From positions 21,285 to 85,284 of the IMG/VR virus record IMGVR_UViG_2597490295_000013: 64,000 nt of DNA; one strand, given 5' to 3'. Below, piece after piece: positions 55,606-64,000 of this stretch. How positions within the stretch are numbered: the first letter of the stretch is position 1; each line of letters opens with the position of its first letter. The DNA comes from a virus. The position numbers and the translations under genes were made by a program. The notes beneath the pieces are model-generated. The model had not been told where the DNA came from and did no database searches. It saw only the letters and a list, made by a program, of their open reading frames with translations.

Positions 55606-56205
55606 TTACTTCAATAATTCTAAAGTTATTTTTTCCTTTTTTGTTTCTCTTTCTGTCTTCTTCTCAGCTTTTTCTTTAGCTTCTTTCTCTCTCCGTCTTT
55701 TATTTCTTATTTCTTTGCTTATCTTTTTTATTCTTTCTACTGCTAAAAAATGAGTTCTAAATATTTTTCCATTTTTTTGAATTAAACCTATTAAGAATTG
55801 ATCAAATGCAACTGGTGTATAGATTAATCCATAAAGTTCATTGTCATAGATTCTTTCATCTTCTGCATAAGCTATTATTTCAATTTTATCATCATCTTCT
55901 CTGGTAATATTAATTCGATCTATTGATGCAACTATTATTGCAGTTGTAGTATCTGCATTAACTATATCAATAAATACATAGTCAGAAGTAGCAATAGTAT
56001 TCATTAGTCTATCATGCATATCTTCACAATCTGATAATTCATTTGTGTAATAAAAACTATCTATTTTATGTAGACTAATAAAATCTATTTCTCTAATTTT
56101 GTTATCAGCGTGCAATTTCTTCAATTCCATTCACTCTTGTTGTCTTATTGTTTTATTTGCTCTTCCATGAAATGGTCCAGCAATTAAACAAATTTTATCT
56201 CTCAT
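55606..56205 (-). CDS. Hypothetical protein (199 aa, TGA at codon 25)
   Basis: AAAGGAG RBS before ATG 56205; in frame with track ORF 56130; charged helical C-terminus. Confidence 0.65.
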
Positions 56206-56220
56206 ATAATTTTCTCCTTT

Positions 56221-56781
56221 TTAATTCCGTAAATAATTTATAGAACAAATAAATCCTAAATTGTCTAAATCTAATATTTTATTTTTAGATGGAGACCAAT
56301 TATCAGATATTATAAAAGATTTTGTTATTTCTCCATCTTTTTCAATTACTCTAATTCCTTTAATAACTATAGTATGTCATGTGTATTTTTTATCTTTAGT
56401 ATTTAAAATACTTAAAATTACAGGTTTGTTATTCATAATAGATTTTTCTATTATATTAAAAAAATTTTTTGTTTTAAATAATTTAGTTTTCATTTTATAT
56501 TTATTAATTTTGAATTTTATTTTTAACATATATTGGACAAGACAAGAAATTGCTAAAGGATTACTGCCTAATTTAGGATGATATATAAATTGTCTTTTCG
56601 CTTGATATGCAACTAAATCATAAATAGAACCAAAAGAAAAATCATAATAGTCTAATAAATAATAATCTATAAAATTAGTAATTGATACTAAAGTGCAATC
56701 GTTTTTATCTCCATATTCTTTTTGTAATGGATTTTTTACTTTATCTATTATTTGTTCTTTCAAAATTTTAGAATTATCCAT
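56221..56781 (-). CDS. C39-like (papain-fold) cysteine peptidase (186 aa, 1 TGA)
   Basis: NDCTLVS catalytic Cys, (W)HTIVIKG His and ISDNW appear only with read-through; own promoter TTGACT-17-TATAAT (56834-56806). Confidence 0.6.
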
Positions 56782-56871
56782 TTATTATCACTCCTTTATT
56801 AATTAATTATAGCATTTTTTTTATATAAAGTCAATTAATTTAGTTAAAGAAAGAGAGAAATTATTTCTCTC

Positions 56872-59196
56872 TTATTTTATTGGACATGCACCAGTTGAGC
56901 ATTCACTTTCGTTAAGTTCAAAATCTTCGCCTGATTCATACTTAGAAATTAAACTCGGTTTAAAATCTAGCATCTCTGCTTTTCTTTCTAAATATTCTTT
57001 CTCATCTATTTCTTCATAAGGAAGTAACTCATAAGCGTTGTCATCTAATGATAAGAATGAAATTGCAACAATATCATCCCAGTTATCCCAAACCCATTGT
57101 TCTACTTCTTCTCATTCATGCGTTCTAACATGAACTGTAATAGAAACGTTGTGTTCAACATAATTTTCCATAAACATCTTATAATTCTCTAATTGTTCAA
57201 TAGCAGTTACATCATATTTTGTTTTTCCTTTTGGTGATTTAACTGGGAATTCAACAACATAAGTTTTTACATTAGGTTCTGTTTGTCCTACTTCAGGAAC
57301 CATTCGCCAATTTAACTCTCTTACTACATGTATCATCGGATCATTAGCATTAATTCTTACTCTTCTAATATAATAAGGAGAATGTGAATAATGCACTCCG
57401 CTAGATACAGTTGGGAGTTGTGACAGCGTACCTTCTGGCTTTACTGTAGTTGTCAATACTGGGGCATTCTTGCCCATTATAAGCGCGATATCTTTTGCAG
57501 TTTTATTAACTATTTTTTTCATTTCTTTTAATAATTTTGCTTGTTCTTCCATTGATAGATTAGTTAAATTAATCATATCTTGGTATCCAGTCATAGAAAC
57601 TCCAATTAAAGCATCTCTTTTATGAATAGCATTCCATTTAGGAAGTTCCATTTCAACGTTAGTCATTCTATAAGAAGCTCTTGTTAAAAGTTTTAAAACA
57701 TGAGCCATTTTATTTCTATTAAGTATTCCGTCTTTTATGAAAGCACTTATAACCAAAGTAACTAAATTACACATGCCTTTATTATCAAGTAAGATTTCCA
57801 TACATGGATTGCCTCCTTGAAAATTCTTTCTACGTTTCCTAGCTGCTTGAGAATTCATAAACCCTGGCTCACCAGTATATCTCATTTGCTCAATTTGCCA
57901 ATGTAATTGTTCCCTACTAGGCTTTTCTTCATAAAAAATACTATTGTTACTCATTTGTCTATGAATTAATTCTTTATTAACTTTTCATTTTCCTTCTTCT
58001 AATGTATATATTTCATTCTTTGCAGTTAACATGGCTTCATCATCATAGCCAAATAATATAACTTCACTAGTTCTTCTTACTCCACCTGAAACTACATTTT
58101 CACCTATAATATTAGCAATATCCATAAGATCTACAGTTTCTAATCTTCTATAAGTTTCAATATTGTTTTTCAATACTTTATCTATTTTTTCATACATATT
58201 TACCAATGCAGTATGACCGCTTGCATATCCACCGAATGTTTTTAACATTTCTCCTTTTGGTCGAACGTTATCATAATTAAATATAATTGTAGATATATCC
58301 GCGAAATGATTAGCTGTAAGAAGCTCAAAAAAGTATCTTAAGCTAGTTGCCCATCCCATTTTACTATCTCCTATTATAATTTTTACGATAGTATTATCAG
58401 GACTAAATTCTAAAGTAGTATGTTCAGTACGTTTATTTTTTGGAATTGAATTATAGTGCTTATTTATAATTTCTGTATTTGTCCTAATTAAAGGTAATAT
58501 TTCTTTTTCTTTTTTCGTAATTTTCAGTCCAACACCAGAACCAATCATTAATAAGTAAAATAGTTCATAAAATACTTCATAATCATTAATAGTATCAAAA
58601 GCACAGTTAAAATTTGACTGTGGGCTTATATCTGCTACCTTTGTGCCTCCAACTCATAATGATCTACCTGATAAAAATCCTTTAAGATTATATATAGCAT
58701 CGAATAATTCTTCTGCTTCTCTCTTAGAAGAATTCCCTAAAGAACAATTATAATCGACTGCTCTTGCAACAGTTTCCCATCATCTTTCTCTTCTTTTTTC
58801 TTCTATTATATAACGAGAATAAGTTCTATAGTATACGAATGCGCCTAATTGATTTTTAAATGGATCTGGTAAATGTTTATATTTACTAAGGAAAGCATCA
58901 CTTAAAAATTGGTATTCTTTTTTTACTCTAATTTTATGCTTGTTCCTATGCTCTATATAATCAGTTGCTATTCTAAAAAATCCTTGTTCCATTAAAGAAA
59001 ATTGTACAAACTCTTGAATTTCTTCGACATGAACTTCAGGTTTTTTTATTTTATCTATAATTGCTGCTGAAATCAATTTAATTTCACTTAATTTTAATAT
59101 TGTGTTTGATTCTAAAGCAGCGAGTTTTATATTACGTTCTATTACCATAATATTAAAAGGAACTTTTTTACCATTTCTTTTTATAACTGTAAACAT
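56872..59196 (-). CDS. nrdJ: Class II (adenosylcobalamin) ribonucleoside-triphosphate reductase with an N-terminal ATP cone (774 aa, 4 TGA)
   Basis: VIKRNG ATP cone; YYRTYSR, RRER(W)WETV, GRSL(W)VGGT, GVRRTSE, NPCMEI, TTVKPEGT, C-terminal CSTGACP. Confidence 0.93.
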
Positions 59197-59208
59197 ATAT
59201 CCCTCTCC

Positions 59209-59661
59209 TTACAATTTTTTAAAGAGAATTATTTCTCAATCATCATATAATTGAAGTTCTTTAAAAATTTCCATATTTTCAATTTCATATAATTCTTCAT
59301 CTTCTTGCATAGTTTCTTCTGATACTATTTGAAAAGCTAATTCAAATTGTTCATCATCTAAAATCATATTTATTAAATTTAAATAAGAAATTTCTTTCCA
59401 ACCGCATATCTTTGCAGTAAATATTTTCTCTGAAATATTCTTATAAGTTAAATATGTATAAAGATATTCACTCTCTGGGAATCTTTCTCCTTCTTCTTCA
59501 ATAATTCTAATATTACTTACATTATTATCGTCAATATTATATTCTACTATAACTGGTTTTTCTCCAAACTTTAAATCTAATACTATAGATTTTGTTTCTA
59601 ATTTATTCAAATATTCTACTAATTCTCCTAAAGCAAATTCTTTTTCTTTGTAAAGTAACAT
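59209..59661 (-). CDS. Hypothetical acidic protein (end 59236 if the TGA is a stop, 59209 under code 4)
   Basis: GGAGG RBS; 141-150 aa; promoter-like TATGTTATACT upstream. Confidence 0.6.
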
Positions 59662-59749
59662 CTTGTATTCCTCCTTTTCTTATGTACTATATTTTGTACC
59701 TTTATATAAGTATAACATATTTTGTAAAAAAACAGAAGTTGAGGAGATA

Positions 59750-62700
59750 TTATTCCCCACCTTCTCCTGTTCTTTCCCAAATAAGAGAGATAGTTCCATC
59801 TTCTCCTATATCAGTTATTTTATATATAGTATGTCTGCCAGTATTCCTATAAGTTTTAGCAACAAATTGACCGTCTCTTCTAAAACCTGTTATTAACAAT
59901 TTATTTCCTCTTTTAAACCAAGAACGTTCAACTATAGTTTTCTTATCATCGTTTCCTAATACTTCTGAAATTTGTCTATCAAAAGCAGAGAATTGATCTC
60001 TATAAAGTTTAACTACTGCTACTCCATTTGTTGTTAATAATGTGACAGTATGTCGTATTTTATCTTTATCTAATACAGTTCCTGCAATAGTATTTAATTT
60101 ATAAATAGGTCTGTCAATACCTTTATATCTATACCATCTTTCAATGATAGGTTCTTTAGGTAAATCATTAAATTCTGAAATCCCATAACTTGTGTAATCA
60201 ACATTTGCTAATTCATGTTCATGATGATAATAACAAATAGATTCCATTTCCCAATAAGAAATAGTTCCTTTCGCATACTTATTCCAAAACTCTGCGAATA
60301 ATGAATTATTGTATTCATTTAATATTTCTTTCATATTCGTTTTAATATAACTCTTAATTGGTAAAACTATAGGTTGATATATTTTATCTCATAATTTTTT
60401 AGAAATATATAAATTTCCTTCTATAGTTTCAACAAATGCTTCAGGAAAATCAAAGATAGTATAATATCCTTCTTTAATTGCTTCGTCAAATAAATAATAA
60501 TCATTATCATTAATAATAAATTTGTTTCCTCTTCTTCTCAAGTATTTATTAAATTTAGAAACTCTCATTTCTATCTTATATTTTTCTGGTATAAACCCAC
60601 CATTTATTAAAGCATTAAGATTTTGCATCGTTAATTTCTTTTTAGGCGCACATGCTTTCCATAAATAATCTTTCATTATTTCTTCTCTTGGTTTGTTTTC
60701 TAAAGTATCAAAAGAACCACCTTTAATAAGAGAAATCATTTGAGTTATATTTACTTTTACTTTCATACAAAAATCTTCTATTGATTCATAAGGTCTGTTT
60801 TCAATAATTTCTGCAACTAAATCTTGACCAATTTTATTCATACTTTTTAATCCAAATAGTATTAAATTGTTATCTGCGTCAGGCTTAAAATCAAAGTTGG
60901 CACGGTTAATATCAGGATAAACTAATATAACTCCATTTTCTTTCATTTTTCCTATAGCGGATGCGATAGAACCGTAATCAGTAGTTTTTGCTTTTTTAGC
61001 TTCACTATCTTCTAATGAACCAGCATTTACAGATAAGCAAGCAGTATTCCAATAAACGATAGGATAATTATAAGCAAGGTTCAATTGTTGAACAGCTATA
61101 ACAGTATAAGGTAAAGTATGGCACTCTGAGAAACTGTATCCAGCTTGTGGCAAAATACATTCTTTCCAAATATAGCGTAACATATTTAAAGAAGTTCCTA
61201 GTTTTAATCCTTTTTCTTTAAATAATTCTTTTACTTCATCCATTATTTTCTTTTTCTTTTTAGCTACAGCTTTTCTTAATTTATTTGCTTCTTTTACGTT
61301 AAAACCACTTATTCTTTTATCCATTGCTAATTTCATAATTGATTCTTGTGTAGTAGCAATCCCGTAAGTAGCTTCTAAATGTTCTTTTAATATTAGCCTT
61401 TCTTCTAAGGTTAATCCATAATCTATCATTAAGTTATCCCAAAGTTTTATATTGTCTTTAAATTCTATATACTTATCGATAGGTTGTTTTTGACCTCTTT
61501 CTGCCATTAATCTCATTAAGTCATTACCAGAAGCAGCTTGCTTAAGAGAAATAGGTTTAATTTTTTGGGCTGTTTGTATCCCAATAGAAGTTGAATATTG
61601 GAATAAATCTAATACTTTATTTTTATGCATTAACTTCCATATTTCTAAATTATCAAATTCTAATTTATCAGGATATAAATAATAATCATAAGTTTCTCTT
61701 AAAGAATCTTTCCATTCAATTCTACCATCTTCAGATAGTAAATCTAACGTAACTCGGATTTTATCCATAGCTTTCACTGTGAGAAAATCATACTTAAGAC
61801 CTCCAAGGTAGTCTGAATTTTCCATATTAAATTGTGTGATAGGTTGTCCACTTGGAGCACGCATCATTACATTTCAATCTGTAAAATCAGAAGAGAAAAT
61901 GTAAACTCCAGAAGCGTGTATGCTACGCTTATTAACTAGCCCTTCAATTCCAAATGCTACTTCTTTTAATCTATCATATTTATTTATTTCATGTATAAAT
62001 TTTTTACTAGGTCGTCTTTCTTTTTCTTCATTCCCATAATAACAATCATCTAAAGTCCAATTAAATCCTCTTTCAATAGGAATTAAACTAGCAATAAATT
62101 CTGCTGTATCATTGTCAATTCCTAGCCCTCTGCAGGCAGTTTGCAAGGCTGACTTAGATTTTTCAGTTCCAAAAGTAGCAATGTTAAGAACTCTTTTGTA
62201 GCCAAGTTCTTCTTTTAATTTTCGTAAAATTAAAGCACGTTTGCTAGCTTCAGTATCGAAGTCAACATCTGGGAGCTCTGGTCTTTCTGCTGAGATATGT
62301 CTTCAATGAGGAAGCTCATACTTTATTGAATCTATTTGAGTAATATCCATTAAGTAAGCAGTTAAGAATCCATTTACAGAACCTCGACCTGGACCAATCA
62401 AACTATTACCGCCATCATCTGCTCAAATTAAATCCATAATATATTCCATTGTATTATAATATTGACTTATATTTTCATCCATATTAATACCAATACCAAT
62501 GATTTCACTAATTTCTAAATCTATTCTAGCAAGATATTGGTCAGACCATAGTCCTTTATTATATAATCCATAAAGACTTCTTAATGCAAAATATAATTCT
62601 TGATCATTGTCAGAATTTATATACTTTTCAATATTATCATATTTCATATAAGCATCATGAACTAAATCTCTAAATTCTCTATTTGTCATTATCATTTTTT

Positions 62701-63694
62701 CTATTTTGTCTAATTTTAATTTTTCACGCACATTTACACTAGGCACAACTTGCTTATGATATAAATCATAATTTTCGCACATATCAGGAATTGCTATCGT
62801 ATTTTCAATAATTTCTTTTATTTGCTCTTCTTTTAAAGAAATACTTAAATAATCAACCATTTCATTCATTTCCATCATATAAGTAGTTGAATAAAAATCA
62901 TCAACTTCTCTATCTCCTTGTTTAGAATTAAGATAAGCTTTATGAACAGTCCTATCTTCTTTTGTAAGATAATGACTATCAGTAGTAACTATAGTTTTAA
63001 CTTTATAAACAGTAGCTATTTCATAAGCTAATTTATTAAAAATATTTTGTTCATCTTGTGCAGATGGTTGAATTTCTACAAAGAAATTTTCAATACCGAA
63101 TGTATTAATTCCCCAATTCATAAAATTATCTATCCAAATTTTACTTGATTCCGCACCTTCACTTCTATAATAGTTTAAAACAGCTTGAGGAAATTCTCCA
63201 CCAAGACACGCTGTAGCTCCAATAATGTCGCCTCTATATTTTTCCATAATTTCTTCTAAAAATTTCTTATCAGTAGGAACTCTTTCCATTGGACCTCTTG
63301 TATGAAATGAATTTTCCCATGCTTGACTAGAAAGGATTCTTAATGCTTCATGCCCTCTCTTATTTTTAGCCAAGAGAATGAAATGATAAAACGATGCCTT
63401 TCCACCATCTTCATAAATTTGTTTAATTTCTTCGGCACTATCTATTAAATATATTTCATTTCCAAGAATTAATTTAAAATCATTATCTAATTCTTTACTC
63501 TTTAAATGTTTTATTGCATCTACATGCGCGGATAAAACTTCGTGGTCAGTAATAGCGATACCATTACTACCTAATTCAATTGCTCTATCTATTAATTTTT
63601 CAACTTTATTAATGCTATCTAAAAGTCTTATATTAGAATATTCAGTATGATTATGCAAATAAGGAATTTGATTATATATTTGTTTATTTATCAT
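59750..63694 (-). CDS. dnaE: DNA polymerase III alpha subunit (family C; 1314 aa, 4 TGA)
   Basis: PHP LHNHTEYS/AITDHE; GPGRGS; ERPELPDVDFD; HASGV; KYDFL; OB-fold C-terminus; four track fragments in one frame. Confidence 0.96.
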
Positions 63695-63705
63695 TTTACC
63701 TCCTA

Positions 63706-64000
63706 TTATAAAAAACTTTTATTTAAATTTATTATTTTTGTTTCTTTAAATTTTTCTTTCATTGCTGTTGTTGCTAAATAATCTGCTCTTTCATTCCCTT
63801 TAACCCCTGAATGACCTTTTACTTTTACAAATTCAACTATACACATAGAGCTATTCACTAATGCATCTAACCATTTCCATAAATCTTTATTTTTTACTTC
63901 TTCTTTTTTAGAATTTTTCCAACCATTTTTCTTCCAATTATCTATTCATTTTTTATTATAAGCATTTGCTACATAAGAAGAATCTGTATATATAATTATT
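63706..64000 (-). CDS. rnhA: Ribonuclease HI, C-terminal part (start outside the window; 1 TGA)
   Basis: YTDSSYV..K(W)IDNWKKNGWKNSKK..VKNKDLW..KVKGHSG..NERADYLA. Confidence 0.92.

Larger units (their letters stand above)
1..64000. mobile_element. Segment of a large tailed dsDNA phage (siphovirus-like) using genetic code 4 (TGA=Trp)
   Basis: Terminase, portal, capsid, tape measure, lysis, Pol III alpha and RNR genes in phage-like order; no host housekeeping or rRNA genes; ORF fragments rejoin in frame across TGA codons. Confidence 0.97.

Noticed and set aside
8058-63694. Fragmented ORFs read as pseudogenes or sequencing errors
   Set aside because: Every break checked is a TGA with the frame preserved, in essential genes and often at conserved Trp positions; no frameshifts were needed
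36110-63694. TGA as selenocysteine or glycine (code 25)
   Set aside because: TGAs align with family Trp residues (RNR, HNH, RNase H, RuvC-like), not catalytic Cys or Gly; no SECIS-like pattern follows them
1-64000. Suppressor tRNA-Trp(UCA) or release-factor gene explaining the recoding
   Set aside because: No cloverleaf with a T-loop GTTCRA or a GGQ release-factor motif was seen by eye; they may lie outside the window, and tRNAscan is needed to be sure
1-64000. Mollicute (native code 4) host
   Set aside because: Intact peptidoglycan amidase and holins, TGG still the majority Trp codon, and a TGA-free early arm; unlikely but not formally excluded

Overview
A 64-kb AT-rich segment of a large tailed dsDNA phage with a long non-contractile tail. 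The host is most likely an anaerobic Bacillota/Firmicutes (sigmaA-type promoters, Amidase_3 endolysin, clostridial-type FeoA, B12-dependent RNR). The supplied ORF track is fragmented because the phage reads TGA as Trp (code 4). About 60 in-frame TGAs (hand count) join the fragments into full-length genes, and several sit at family-conserved Trp positions in RNR, Pol III alpha, RNase H, HNH and the KamA-like protein. Layout: (1) 1-6.15 kb, leftward early or accessory cassettes that use only TGG for Trp; below 4.4 kb they are separated by spacers with 37 copies of a CGGTGTA motif fixed just upstream of the -35 boxes, plus a candidate anti-Shine-Dalgarno sRNA. (2) 6.15-7.7 kb, a non-coding divergence region with repeats and a Fur-like box. 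(3) 7.7-52.4 kb, rightward feoA, phoH, terminase with a group I intron and HNH endonuclease, then head, tail and fibre genes. This arm also holds a self-contained two-radical-SAM / Cys-repeat-protein cassette, an inverted TGA-gated endolysin with a catalytically dead paralogue, and a 22-aa-repeat fibre module. (4) 52.5-64 kb, leftward KamA-like radical SAM, RuvC-like resolvase, dUTPase, C39-like peptidase, class II RNR, DNA Pol III alpha and RNase H. The most promising undescribed systems are the radical-SAM/CxC-repeat cassette, the code-gated antisense lysis module and the CGGTGTA promoter-cassette array. No tRNA, release factor or CRISPR array was seen. All calls come from reading the sequence; no database searches were run.
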